Below are positions 9,636 through 19,316 of a DNA stretch of 49,392 bases, in pieces. The notes below the pieces were generated by a model. The model was not told the DNA's origin and ran no database searches. It saw only the letters and a list, made by a program, of their open reading frames with translations. The translations under genes were made by a program, and so were the position numbers. The DNA comes from a virus (lineage: Duplodnaviria; Caudoviricetes). Each line of letters opens with the position of its first letter. Position 1 is the first letter of the stretch. The DNA lies in the IMG/VR virus record IMGVR_UViG_3300033512_000183, positions 1-49,392 of that record; one strand, 5' to 3'.

Positions 9636-10120
9636 GAACATATCTGTCCATCGACAACGGCGTTTCGGGAAGTATTTGTGTATTGGATGATTTACATTCA
9701 ATATTTATAGAGACTCCTTCAAAGAAAGAACAAAGCTATACAAAGAAAAAACAGGATATCGAGCGAATTGACTATCCTGTTTTGTATAGCTTTATTTATG
9801 AATTGAAAGATTTGGATTTGAAGGTTCTGATTGAACGTCCTTGTGTAAACCCAGGAAGATTCAAAACAACGATGAGTGCTATGCGTTCATTGGAAGCTAC
9901 TATGATTGTATTGGAAAATTTAGGATTGACGTGTGAAGTGATAGACAGCCGACAATGGCAATCGGTTATGATTCCTAATATCAAAGGTTCTGATAATCTA
10001 AAGAAAGCAAGTAAGGAATTAGGTATTGAACTTTTTCCACAACATAAAGAGTTGATAACTAAACATAAAGATGCTGATGCACTACTTATTTCAGAGTGGG
10101 CAAGACGTAGTAAGCTGTAA
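9632..10120 (+). CDS. RuvC-like Holliday junction resolvase
   Basis: SIDNGVSG, LIERP, QW and DADALLI RNase H-fold catalytic motifs. Confidence 0.8.
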   Translation: MRTYLSIDNGVSGSICVLDDLHSIFIETPSKKEQSYTKKKQDIERIDYPVLYSFIYELKDLDLKVLIERPCVNPGRFKTTMSAMRSLEATMIVLENLGLTCEVIDSRQWQSVMIPNIKGSDNLKKASKELGIELFPQHKELITKHKDADALLISEWARRSKL

Positions 10121-10127
10121 AATAATT

Positions 10128-10156
10128 TTTAACTTCTCCTATATAGTTGTTATATT
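10128..10156 (+). promoter_or_regulatory. Bipartite promoter TTTAAC-N17-TATATT
   Basis: Same class as 3271. Confidence 0.65.
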
Positions 10157-10191
10157 ATATAAGGGAAGTAAATTGCAAGGAGCAATAGCAC

Positions 10192-11361
10192 ATGGCAGAG
10201 AATCTATTTCAAAAGTATCGTCCTCTAAACTTCAAAGATGTATTTGGACATACAAAAGTATTAAAGGAATTGCAACAACGAGCTAAGGAAAATAATTTTC
10301 CTCATGTTATGCTTTTTTCTGGGTATACTGGAACAGGTAAAACTACACTTGAAAAAATTGTATCGAAATCAATACAATGTCAGCATAAAGACGTAGAAGG
10401 AAATGCTTGCAATAAATGTGAGTTTTGTTTAACTATTCAAAATGAGAAACCTTCAAACTATTATTATCTATATAATGCCTCTAATATTGGTATTGATGAG
10501 ATGAGAGAAATAGAAATCTCTGCTTCCATGAAAGCTATGACTAATGCTAAATATAAAGTATTTGTTATTGATGAGTTGCAGGAGCTTGGGTCAAACCAAA
10601 AAGCTATGAAAGCTATTTTAAAAGTTCTTGAAAAACCAAGTTCATATACATATTTTATATTGCTTACTATGGATGAAAGTAAGGTAAATAGTGCTATCAA
10701 AAATCGTTGTGTACCTTATAAACTTCGTCCTCTTGATTATACCGACATAGCAAAGTATCTCTATTCAATCTGTAAATCAGAAAATGTTTTGATTGATACC
10801 AAAGAAAAGATGGAAACACTAACTACGATTGCTGGTAATGCTAATGGTAGTATGCGAACTGCTGTATCATATCTTGAACGATGTATCTATTCTGATATAT
10901 GGAATAAAGACGAGATACTCAAAGAGCTTAGTATTATATCACAGGAAAATCTTGTATCGATTATGAATATGATTTTACAAGGTAATGTTCAAGTGATGAA
11001 TGCTATTGACCCTACAAAAGATTTTGTTGACAAATTACGATATGCATTTGCGATGTTACTTAAATTCAAGTCGGGTGTAGAAATGACTCCGTATCAGGTA
11101 GGTATGGTTAAGGGTGTTGTTAAAACTGACATCAACGACGTATTTAAGATAATGGAAACATTTAATACGTTGATTCAATTTCCTTATTTGAATGCTGAGA
11201 TTATTGAAACAGCTTTTATTAAGATGGTATATAAACCAGTTATCGCAAAAATACAACCTACTCCAATAGAAGAGGGTGAAAAAAGAACGTTAGAAGAACA
11301 TACTACTTATATTGAACAAGAAAAAGAACGTATTCAACGAAGAAAAGCGAAGGTTCAATGA
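10192..11361 (+). CDS. Clamp loader subunit, DNA polymerase III gamma/tau-like
   Basis: KYRPLNF, Walker A GYTGTGKTT, C4 zinc motif (CQH...CNKCEFC), VIDE Walker B, NRC sensor. Confidence 0.88.
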   Translation: MAENLFQKYRPLNFKDVFGHTKVLKELQQRAKENNFPHVMLFSGYTGTGKTTLEKIVSKSIQCQHKDVEGNACNKCEFCLTIQNEKPSNYYYLYNASNIGIDEMREIEISASMKAMTNAKYKVFVIDELQELGSNQKAMKAILKVLEKPSSYTYFILLTMDESKVNSAIKNRCVPYKLRPLDYTDIAKYLYSICKSENVLIDTKEKMETLTTIAGNANGSMRTAVSYLERCIYSDIWNKDEILKELSIISQENLVSIMNMILQGNVQVMNAIDPTKDFVDKLRYAFAMLLKFKSGVEMTPYQVGMVKGVVKTDINDVFKIMETFNTLIQFPYLNAEIIETAFIKMVYKPVIAKIQPTPIEEGEKRTLEEHTTYIEQEKERIQRRKAKVQ

Positions 11362-11639
11362 GAGATAAATATTTAGCTTTTTTATTGCAACACGGTATAC
11401 AAGACACTCTTCATGCTATTGAAGAGATGTCTTATACTAAAAAGATAAATTTGCTGAAAGAACTATTGGTTGATTATGAACCTGAGATAATCAACAGAGC
11501 ATTAAACATATATGAGACTAACTATATAAAGATAAATAGAGTTAGTCTGTATGCTATTAAGGGCTTTATGACAGGACTATGCGGTAGAGCTTTGGCTGAT
11601 AAACAGCGAGAATTAGATAAGTATAAAAGGAAGGTGTAG
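11358..11639 (+). CDS. Hypothetical protein
   Basis: ATGA overlap with the upstream gene. Confidence 0.6.
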   Translation: MRDKYLAFLLQHGIQDTLHAIEEMSYTKKINLLKELLVDYEPEIINRALNIYETNYIKINRVSLYAIKGFMTGLCGRALADKQRELDKYKRKV

Positions 11640-11640
11640 A

Positions 11641-12561
11641 ATGATAGTTATAATAGGCGATACTCACATTAAGTCATCGGAATATCATTTGTATGGATTG
11701 AGAAAGCTTTTTGAATGGCTTTTAGACAACTATAAAGATGCCAATGTAATTTCTTTAGGTGACATTTATGACGTAAGTTCACCACACAATTCTTTGGAAT
11801 CTGAATTTATTGGGTACTTCAAACAATTCAAATCCTTTCATATTCTGGAAGGAAATCATACGTTGTCAAAACGCTCAGGAAGTGCACTTCAGCATTTAAC
11901 TCATCATGACAATATTCATGTATACCAAAATAAAACTGAAATAGAAATAGAAGATAACAAGTTTTTAATACTGCCTTGGAAGTATAACGCAAAAGAAGAG
12001 TACGAAAAATTAGAAGGTAAGTATGATTACATTCTAACGCATGTGACTCCACCTCAAGTAGCTTTTGGTGATGAAGGCATACAATTAAATCTCAAAGGAA
12101 TTTATATACATGGACATACTCATATGCAGAGTTCATTCGTAGATATAAACAAACAGAAACATTTTGTAGTTGGAATTCCGGTGGTAACTCGCAACGGAGA
12201 GAATCAAGAATATCAAGTCTTGACTATTGATAATAAAGTGTTTGATTCCGTTAAAGTCCCTGTTTTTTTTGAGTACGAAACTCTTGAGTACCCAGAACTA
12301 CCCAAAAACAAAAATAATATTTTGAATATCATCAAAGCTCCTTCGTATGAGGTAGTTTACGAAAAGTATCGTGGATACAATATTCGTCACGAAGGAATTA
12401 AACTTTTGATGACTGAAGGTGTATTTGAGCAAGAGGAATTTTCGTTTGAGAGTGGTAACTTGATTCAGAAGTTTCAACTTTATGCTAAGGAAAAGAGCTT
12501 GCAAAGTGAGTTTTCTGAGCTTTGTCTTAATTACATAACCTCTTATAATGGTAATGTATAG
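11641..12561 (+). CDS. Mre11/SbcD-like metallophosphoesterase nuclease
   Basis: GDTH, GDIYD, GNH and GHTH motifs in a replication context. Confidence 0.8.
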   Translation: MIVIIGDTHIKSSEYHLYGLRKLFEWLLDNYKDANVISLGDIYDVSSPHNSLESEFIGYFKQFKSFHILEGNHTLSKRSGSALQHLTHHDNIHVYQNKTEIEIEDNKFLILPWKYNAKEEYEKLEGKYDYILTHVTPPQVAFGDEGIQLNLKGIYIHGHTHMQSSFVDINKQKHFVVGIPVVTRNGENQEYQVLTIDNKVFDSVKVPVFFEYETLEYPELPKNKNNILNIIKAPSYEVVYEKYRGYNIRHEGIKLLMTEGVFEQEEFSFESGNLIQKFQLYAKEKSLQSEFSELCLNYITSYNGNV

Positions 12562-12573
12562 TTATACTAATAT

Positions 12574-12645
12574 ATTGCCCAGATAGATTTAGTGGTCGAA
12601 AGAGCATAAATATCCTGATTTTTATGCTTTTCTGGGTAATTTTTA
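12574..12645 (+). ncRNA. Candidate ~70-nt structured RNA between two TACTAATATA motifs
   Basis: Stems 12574-83/12631-40 and 12601-10/12621-30, then a T-run; both loops are complementary to the downstream GIY-YIG leader. Confidence 0.5.
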
Positions 12646-12717
12646 GTTACACATTACTAATATAATAACTTGAAATCACTAAATTTCAAGAATTTATAAA
12701 GTAATCAGGTAAAAAAA

Positions 12718-13851
12718 ATGAAAGAAGACTCATTTAAAGGAATAATTTACAAAGCAACAAATATAATTAACGGGAAGGTATACATAGGTCAAACAATTAA
12801 GGGGCTTGATAAAAGGAAAAGCGACCATCTAGCTGACAAACGAGGAACAGGTTATTTTCATAGTAGCTTGAAAAGTTATGGAAAAGAAAATTTTATTTGG
12901 GAAATAATAGATGAGGCAGAAACAAGAGAAGAATTGGATGAAAAGGAAAAAGAATGGATTTGGCTGAATTACTCAAACAATAAACAATATGGTTATAATC
13001 TAACAGAGGGCGGTAATGGTAATTCTGGTTCAGTTCATTCTGAAGAAACAAGAGCAAAAATGAGTCTTGCTGGTAAAGGTAAAAAGAAAACAGAAGAGCA
13101 CAAACAAAAAATAAGTAATGCTCATAAAGGTAAAAAGCATTCTGAAGAAAGTTTACTTAAAATGAGTTTGTCTCAAAAAGGAAAAACTAAAGGTAGAAAA
13201 CAATCTAAAGAAGAAATTCAAAATAGAACTAAGTCTTTAAAGGGTCAAAAAAGAACTCCAGAACAAAATAAAAGAAATAGCAACGCTCATAAGGGATTAC
13301 AATTTACAGAAGAGCATAGAAGAAATATAAGTAAGTCTTTAAAAGGCAGGGTATCTCCTAATAAAGGTAATGCTTTATCAGAAGAATCCAAAAGAAAGAT
13401 TTCAGAAGCAGGTAAAGGTAGAAAACTCTCTGATGCTACTAAGAAAAAAATGAAAGATTCTCATATTGGCAGAGAGTATCCAAAAAGAGGCCCTTCTAAA
13501 TGTAGAGGTCAAAAAAGAACAGATGCACAAAAACAGAAAATGAGTTTAGCTAAAAAGGGTAAGAAGAATTCAAAAAGTCATTGCGAAAACATAAGTAAAG
13601 CGAAGAAAGGGCAAGCATATCTAATAGAAGCAGGTAAACTTTTAGGTAAATCAAATATTGGTAAAATACCTTGGAATAAAGGTGTAAAGCAAACAGAAGA
13701 AGTGCTTATTAAATTGTCTGCTAAGAGAAAAGGTAGAAGAAAAATGACAAACAATGTAGTAACAAAATTGATTCAGAAAAAAGATATAGATAAATATTTA
13801 CAAGATGGGTGGAAATTTTGTACTGAAAAATTTCCAGAATATTCAAAGTAA
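12718..13851 (+). CDS. Free-standing GIY-YIG homing endonuclease with many NUMOD3 repeats
   Basis: GIIYKATN...VYIGQT, GYNLTEGG and repeated (H)SEExxxK(M/I)SxxxKG units. Confidence 0.9.
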   Translation: MKEDSFKGIIYKATNIINGKVYIGQTIKGLDKRKSDHLADKRGTGYFHSSLKSYGKENFIWEIIDEAETREELDEKEKEWIWLNYSNNKQYGYNLTEGGNGNSGSVHSEETRAKMSLAGKGKKKTEEHKQKISNAHKGKKHSEESLLKMSLSQKGKTKGRKQSKEEIQNRTKSLKGQKRTPEQNKRNSNAHKGLQFTEEHRRNISKSLKGRVSPNKGNALSEESKRKISEAGKGRKLSDATKKKMKDSHIGREYPKRGPSKCRGQKRTDAQKQKMSLAKKGKKNSKSHCENISKAKKGQAYLIEAGKLLGKSNIGKIPWNKGVKQTEEVLIKLSAKRKGRRKMTNNVVTKLIQKKDIDKYLQDGWKFCTEKFPEYSK

Positions 13852-13892
13852 GATTACTAATATAACATATTTAACTATAAAGGTGATTTATA

Positions 13893-14171
13893 ATGAAAAG
13901 ATACAATCCAAAAAAATTCATGAAAGAAGACAAACAATTTGAAGTTCAAATCAATTATTCTGAGGATAATTATCCTGGAGGTTCTATAATAATTAACATC
14001 TTTCCTTTAGTAGGAGACAATAAAGTTTATGAACTTCCTGCTTCATATGCTCTATTTTTAAAAATAGCAGGATTAAACGCTCCTATCAAAGATATTACTT
14101 TCAAAGGTAGTAAAGCTTCTACTTTCTTAAAATCTCCTGTTATAAAAAGTCTGATAGAATTATATTATTAA
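13893..14171 (+). CDS. Putative internal head protein (MKRYNPKKFMKE)
   Basis: TACTAATATA at 13855; shared N-terminal motif. Confidence 0.55.
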   Translation: MKRYNPKKFMKEDKQFEVQINYSEDNYPGGSIIINIFPLVGDNKVYELPASYALFLKIAGLNAPIKDITFKGSKASTFLKSPVIKSLIELYY

Positions 14172-14183
14172 CAGGTATAATAA

Positions 14184-14759
14184 ATGATTCCGATAATACC
14201 ACTCGACTTTGATTTACAAAACTTTGCCGACATAGGACATAACTTTGGTCAGATGTTTACACCTGACGAAATTGCCGCTGGAGTTGACGCTTATTCTAAG
14301 AGTGGTGTTAACGGTGGTAAGTTTGTAAAAGATGCTATTAAGAATCGTTTACTTAAAAAGAGTAAAGTTGGTAATTCTTATGGTGAAACATTAAAGATTA
14401 CCCTTGGTCTTGAAAAGTATCGATATGTAATGATACAAAAAATAGTACCTGCACCTATACCAATTTACGTTTGTTATTATGACAGTAAACGTAGCAATGT
14501 ATATATTCCACCTATTAAGATAAAGCAGTTGAGTCAATCCCAGCTTAGGCGAGTAAAGAAGAATGGTATGGAATATCTTGCTAAAAAAGTGAGATTGACT
14601 TTACCCATTCCTATTGAACAGTTAGGACATAGAGTGGATTCAAACTCATTGATTATTGTACGAGATATTGCTGGCGAACGTATGTGGCAAAAGAAACCAT
14701 TGCAGATGAATGAGTCTGTAGAAGACATACAATTTGTGGTAATGGATTATAACGCTTAG
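14184..14759 (+). CDS. Hypothetical protein
   Basis: 191-aa ORF with RBS AGGT. Confidence 0.6.
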   Translation: MIPIIPLDFDLQNFADIGHNFGQMFTPDEIAAGVDAYSKSGVNGGKFVKDAIKNRLLKKSKVGNSYGETLKITLGLEKYRYVMIQKIVPAPIPIYVCYYDSKRSNVYIPPIKIKQLSQSQLRRVKKNGMEYLAKKVRLTLPIPIEQLGHRVDSNSLIIVRDIAGERMWQKKPLQMNESVEDIQFVVMDYNA

Positions 14760-14856
14760 GTTTTAAAATCACCTACTACTAATATATTAACCGTACCTTA
14801 TAGGGCGGTTAATTTTATTATTATAAGCTCACCTTAATGGGAGCAAAAGAGGTTTT

Positions 14857-15387
14857 ATGTCTAATACAAATCGTATTACTGGTTCATGTACAAATCCTAC
14901 TCTAAGTACTTCATCTTATGCAATCAATACAATTACTGATTGTCTATTTGATTGGTACTACAAAGATCTAACAAACCCCTATGGGTACGGTCACTATTCT
15001 TTTACACCTTACTTTACCACATGGACAACTATTCCTGTAGTTGAATATCCAGATTATCCTGTAATGGATCATTGGGTATTAGAAGATGGTTCACAAGTTC
15101 TGAGATGGGCTGTAAGTGGTTGGCAAAAGGATGAGATTGTTGTAAGTCTTGAAGATGATTGCATTGTTGTAAAAGGCGAAAAAGCTGATAAGTTCAATGA
15201 GAAAGAAAAGACTCATAAAGTAATTCATAACAAGATTGCAAAACGCAATTTTAGAGTATCTTTTAAGATATCTGAAAAACTGGATGTTTCAAAGATTGTT
15301 TCTAAACTTGCCGATGGCATCCTGACCGTTACTATACCTTTATCAGAAGAAGTTCAAAAGAGAAACAGAGTAATAGAAATAGGATAA
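14857..15387 (+). CDS. Small heat-shock protein (Hsp20/alpha-crystallin)
   Basis: AVSGWQKDEIVV, IAKRNFRVSF, LADGILTVTIP and C-terminal IEI motif. Confidence 0.88.
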   Translation: MSNTNRITGSCTNPTLSTSSYAINTITDCLFDWYYKDLTNPYGYGHYSFTPYFTTWTTIPVVEYPDYPVMDHWVLEDGSQVLRWAVSGWQKDEIVVSLEDDCIVVKGEKADKFNEKEKTHKVIHNKIAKRNFRVSFKISEKLDVSKIVSKLADGILTVTIPLSEEVQKRNRVIEIG

Positions 15388-15413
15388 TTGTTTGTTTTAT
15401 TGTTAATTTCAAG

Positions 15414-15445
15414 AAAGTCTAAGAGTTTGAATCTTAGGCTTTTTT
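15414..15445 (+). terminator. Intrinsic terminator
   Basis: AAAGTCTAAGA/TCTTAGGCTTT stem plus T-run after hsp20. Confidence 0.75.
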
Positions 15446-15486
15446 GTTACTAATATATAAGAAATACACGCTATTGGGTTATAGTT

Positions 15487-16257
15487 TTGCCAAAAGTAAA
15501 AGAATCATCATTTAGAGCAGAAGTAAAGGCATGGGTTACTCCTGATGGAGAGTTTAAGAAATTCTTTAAGGGATTGAACCATTCAGAAGCTTTACCTGAT
15601 GGGTTAGATTATAACAAAGCACTAAATTCTGGATGGTTGAGAGTATATAAAACTGATACAGAGGTGAATGTTACCTGTAATGAGTTTGACGCTAAAGAAA
15701 TGAAAGCATGTTTATCTGCGTTTAAGAAAGAAGATGGATTTGATAGTCTTCCTATTTCAATTTGCTGTAAAGCTAAAGTAACTAAATATAAACCACTATT
15801 CAAAGAGGCATATAAGATGAAACTACAACGATACGTAAGCGTCTTCAAAGAAGATTCTCAATCAGATTTAACAGATGAAGCTATGCCTGAAAAGTTGCGT
15901 AATTTTATTATAAACAATCCTTTCCCGAAGTATCATGAGCAGTTGCACTCATTTGCTGAAGGACTTGGTATAGAAGCAAGTGTGCTTGAGCAATACGCAT
16001 ATGCATTTTTAACACTTGTATTTGCTGGCGGTAAATCAGCAGGTAAAGAAATTGTAGTTGATGAAGAGAACGCAAAAATTGGAAAACAGATAGAGCTTGA
16101 ACATTTTGAGTACCCTGAGTCTGATAATCCAGTTGTTAAGAAAATGATTGGACTGCTTGCAGATAAAGTAGTATCAGATCATTGTGCAGAAAATGACAAC
16201 TATTACATAGATGGCGTCCCATCCTTTGAAGATGAATTGAGTAAAGAAGGTAAGTAA
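15487..16257 (+). CDS. Two-domain protein: WxxPDG domain plus DUF5661-like domain; possible internal start at 15817
   Basis: WVTPDG...H...GWLRV N-domain; GKQIELEH...DHCAENDNYY C-domain; in-frame ATG 15817 with GAGG upstream. Confidence 0.55.
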   Translation: MPKVKESSFRAEVKAWVTPDGEFKKFFKGLNHSEALPDGLDYNKALNSGWLRVYKTDTEVNVTCNEFDAKEMKACLSAFKKEDGFDSLPISICCKAKVTKYKPLFKEAYKMKLQRYVSVFKEDSQSDLTDEAMPEKLRNFIINNPFPKYHEQLHSFAEGLGIEASVLEQYAYAFLTLVFAGGKSAGKEIVVDEENAKIGKQIELEHFEYPESDNPVVKKMIGLLADKVVSDHCAENDNYYIDGVPSFEDELSKEGK

Positions 16258-16943
16258 TGAAACGCTATAACCCTTATAAATACATAGAGCGAGAAGAAGT
16301 AGAAGAAGCTGTCAAGTATGATTATGTTATACGGGATGGTAAGAAGGTAAAAAAACCACACTCCACGAATGACAAGAAAAAGATTGTATACGATGATGGC
16401 AAAGCTAAAGAAGTTCGCAAGACATCTTCTGAAGTTCGTAAGCGTTCAATAGCTTCTAAGAAAGGTGCTAAGAAAGCTAAAGTACATAAAGGAGCTGCTG
16501 ATCGTAAACGTAAGAAGAGTATGGCGAAACATACTTGGGAACAGTATGAACTTGATTATGATGCTCGATTCAAAGAAGGTATATTTTCACTTAATCCTAA
16601 AAAGTTTACACGTATGCTCATGGATATGTCAAAGCATTATGACCAATATTACAAGATGCTAAAAGTGGTTGACCATAACAATAATGGTATTATAGAAATT
16701 AGAATACTTCATTGGAATAATCATGTAGGTACAATTAAACTTGAAGTAAATGAAGACGGTTGTAGAGTTATAGAGAATCATAATAATGGTAACTATATAA
16801 CTTTTGATCGTGGTGATGAAGTTGATTTTTCAGAAGTACTACGAGACTTAAAAACAACCTGCGAATTCTCTTGGAGAAAAACGTTCAATAGTTCTACTAA
16901 TGATGTAAGATACCGTGACTATGATATGATTCATGTTTTTTGA
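16257..16943 (+). CDS. Putative prohead core protein (T4 gp68-like basic region) with extra C-terminal domain
   Basis: MKRYNPYKYIE leader; very basic VIRDGKKVKK...RKRSIASKKGAKK...RKRKKSM segment. Confidence 0.5.
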   Translation: MKRYNPYKYIEREEVEEAVKYDYVIRDGKKVKKPHSTNDKKKIVYDDGKAKEVRKTSSEVRKRSIASKKGAKKAKVHKGAADRKRKKSMAKHTWEQYELDYDARFKEGIFSLNPKKFTRMLMDMSKHYDQYYKMLKVVDHNNNGIIEIRILHWNNHVGTIKLEVNEDGCRVIENHNNGNYITFDRGDEVDFSEVLRDLKTTCEFSWRKTFNSSTNDVRYRDYDMIHVF

Positions 16944-16955
16944 TGTGAGGAAATT

Positions 16956-18125
16956 TTGATGTTAAATGAAGATATAGTTATTCCACTAAAGCCTGGTGAC
17001 ACCTTTCTTGCTGGCAAATTTAAAAATAAACGGTATATTTACGCTTCTGATTATACTAACGAGAAAGGGGATATTATTATCATTACCTCGACCGGTAAAG
17101 AAGTACCTGCATGCAAGATAAGATTAATGACTGAAACAGTAGATGAAACAATAGTTTTAGATAAAGTAATTGAAAGTTATATTCATAAGCATAAATCTAA
17201 CGATTTCTTAGAAGGAGATTGCGCTAATTTTGCAGATGCTTTAACTATTTTTATAAGCTGGAATTGGCCTAAATATCGTCTGAATAAAGATTATTACTTT
17301 ATTACTCTTTTTGATGAAATTTTCACTCATACTGTTTTATATTTTAATCACTATTATTTTGATGCTAATGGTAAACAATCGAAAAAAGAAATAGAGGATA
17401 GTTTTGGTTCTTCATCAAATTCATTGTGGAAGCGCGATGAAGGTACGTATAATATTGCGGGGGTTAATTCTAAACAAATAGCTTCAGATTTACAGCAAGA
17501 GTATGAGAGATTATATGAGTCAATTCAGTTTTCAGAGTCACTTAAACTATCTGACTTCAAAGCACATTCAGGTGTATCTGATTTTACAAAACCTTTTATG
17601 AAGGACAGACAAAAGATAAAAGGTGCCGGTAATAAGTCAGCAAAATTATCATCTGTGAAAGTAAATAAAAAGAAAGACTATGTTACCTTCATATTCAAAA
17701 GTAAACCTACTTATAATAACACTACAGAAGTAGTAGATCCAAATACTATGTCATTTAAACCTGGAAAAGTTTATACTCAACAGATAAGACTTCTTGATTT
17801 CTTTGCTTTAGCTGAAACGAAACCTGGATTTAAAATTGATGAACTTTCTTTTGCAGAAGTAAAAGAGATATTACAAGTTGCTGATATACAAGTCTGGTGT
17901 TCGTGCGGTAGCTTTACGTATCAAGGTCTTTCCTATTATTTGACTCAGCTTGATGGTGCAATACACATCAATAATATCAAACCCGAAAGGTGGAATACTT
18001 TTCATGATGTTGGAAATAGTACAGGATTTATATGTAAGCATCTGTCGCTATTGATAAATTCTATAGATTTCTGGATAAATCCAATGACCTCCATGATCAA
18101 TCGCGTACTTAAAAACGAGAATTAG
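16956..18125 (+). CDS. Multidomain protein with C-terminal SWIM-type zinc finger
   Basis: VWCSCGSF...ICKHL motif; three apparent domains joined by xxE-rich linkers. Confidence 0.55.
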   Translation: MMLNEDIVIPLKPGDTFLAGKFKNKRYIYASDYTNEKGDIIIITSTGKEVPACKIRLMTETVDETIVLDKVIESYIHKHKSNDFLEGDCANFADALTIFISWNWPKYRLNKDYYFITLFDEIFTHTVLYFNHYYFDANGKQSKKEIEDSFGSSSNSLWKRDEGTYNIAGVNSKQIASDLQQEYERLYESIQFSESLKLSDFKAHSGVSDFTKPFMKDRQKIKGAGNKSAKLSSVKVNKKKDYVTFIFKSKPTYNNTTEVVDPNTMSFKPGKVYTQQIRLLDFFALAETKPGFKIDELSFAEVKEILQVADIQVWCSCGSFTYQGLSYYLTQLDGAIHINNIKPERWNTFHDVGNSTGFICKHLSLLINSIDFWINPMTSMINRVLKNEN

Positions 18126-18163
18126 ATTACTAATATTATACTATATACAAAAAGGAACTAAAC

Positions 18164-18502
18164 ATGAAAAGATATAATCCAAACAAGTACATGAAAGAGG
18201 CAAGAGAAATACCTGAGATTGACGCTTATGGTAAATGGTATGCTTTAGAGAATATGGGGGCAGATTCTTTTTACGACGTAAAAGGTTACGTTAAATTATT
18301 TATAAACAGAGGTATCGAAGCAAATCAAGCAATACATCGTGCTATTGATTATGTTTATAATCAAATGAATGAAGAAGCATTTGAAGAGTTTGAAAGCGAA
18401 CGTTACTCTAGTATGAAGGAATATAAAAAGAAAAATGCATCTTTACTTAAAATGTGGAATGAGTTTAAACAACGGTTAATAGTAGTAGCAGCAACTAAAT
18501 AA
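18164..18502 (+). CDS. Putative internal head protein (MKRYNPNKYMKE)
   Basis: TACTAATATT at 18128; RBS AAGGA; shared motif. Confidence 0.55.
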   Translation: MKRYNPNKYMKEAREIPEIDAYGKWYALENMGADSFYDVKGYVKLFINRGIEANQAIHRAIDYVYNQMNEEAFEEFESERYSSMKEYKKKNASLLKMWNEFKQRLIVVAATK

Positions 18503-18513
18503 ATAAATAAAAG

Positions 18514-18750
18514 GTGATTACAATGGAACGTTATACAAGTATTTTCGCAGAAGCAGATGAAGAAGCAAAGAGCACCAAAGCAATTAAAGATCTTATTGAA
18601 CTTAAAGCAGTTACTTCAGAAGAAGATCAGGGAGCCATGCTTGCAATTTTGAAGGGACTCGTATTTGGTGATAACCCAGTAGCAGATAAATTTCTTACTG
18701 CTTTGAATGACTGGACTTCTTCTTTAAAGATTGAGGACTTTGAAAAATGA
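18514..18750 (+). CDS. Small acidic protein (ERYTSIFAE motif)
   Basis: Likely start ATG 18523 after AAGGTGA; similar to the next ORF. Confidence 0.55.
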   Translation: MITMERYTSIFAEADEEAKSTKAIKDLIELKAVTSEEDQGAMLAILKGLVFGDNPVADKFLTALNDWTSSLKIEDFEK

Positions 18751-19064
18751 AAAAAATGATTGAAGAATACAAATTCAAAAGTCCTCTTAATCGCTTATGT
18801 TTCTCTGAAGCAGAAGAAGATGAGTCAGAAGATGAAGCACAGAAAGCACAAGAGTTGATAGTGTATCTTAAAAACAATCGTGCTGGTAATGCTGATGCAA
18901 GAGCTGATTTTGCAAAGACTATATTTGAGTTAGCTTTGTCATCTGATCCTTCAGCTCGTAAATTTATCCGGAAGGTTTCTCAGTTCTGCAAGTATTGGGG
19001 AGATGATGGTACGATTACTGAGGATGAATGGAAGAAGTTAAACAATAGTGAAAGTGAAGAATGA
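18747..19064 (+). CDS. Small acidic protein (EEYKF motif)
   Basis: ATGA overlap; DPSARKF resembles NPVADKF of the preceding ORF. Confidence 0.55.
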   Translation: MKKMIEEYKFKSPLNRLCFSEAEEDESEDEAQKAQELIVYLKNNRAGNADARADFAKTIFELALSSDPSARKFIRKVSQFCKYWGDDGTITEDEWKKLNNSESEE

Positions 19065-19315
19065 ATTTCACTAAAATCAAAAGTATAATACAAAAAGAAA
19101 TAGCTTCCTCATTAAAAAGGAAGCTTTCTCAGTCTAATGATGAAGCTGATTACTTTGAATACTACGCTATATTTTTGAAGAGTTATCTAGCTAACCGATA
19201 CTCAGGAGAAGAAGTAGCAAACTTAGCAGAATTAAATACTAATATAAGTGACGATTCAAGAGAGTCAGCTGATATAGATGCAGCTAAGTTTATAATAAAT
19301 TTAATGAAAGCATAG
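19061..19315 (+). CDS. Hypothetical protein
   Basis: ATGA overlap in operon. Confidence 0.55.
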   Translation: MNFTKIKSIIQKEIASSLKRKLSQSNDEADYFEYYAIFLKSYLANRYSGEEVANLAELNTNISDDSRESADIDAAKFIINLMKA

Positions 19316-19316
19316 G

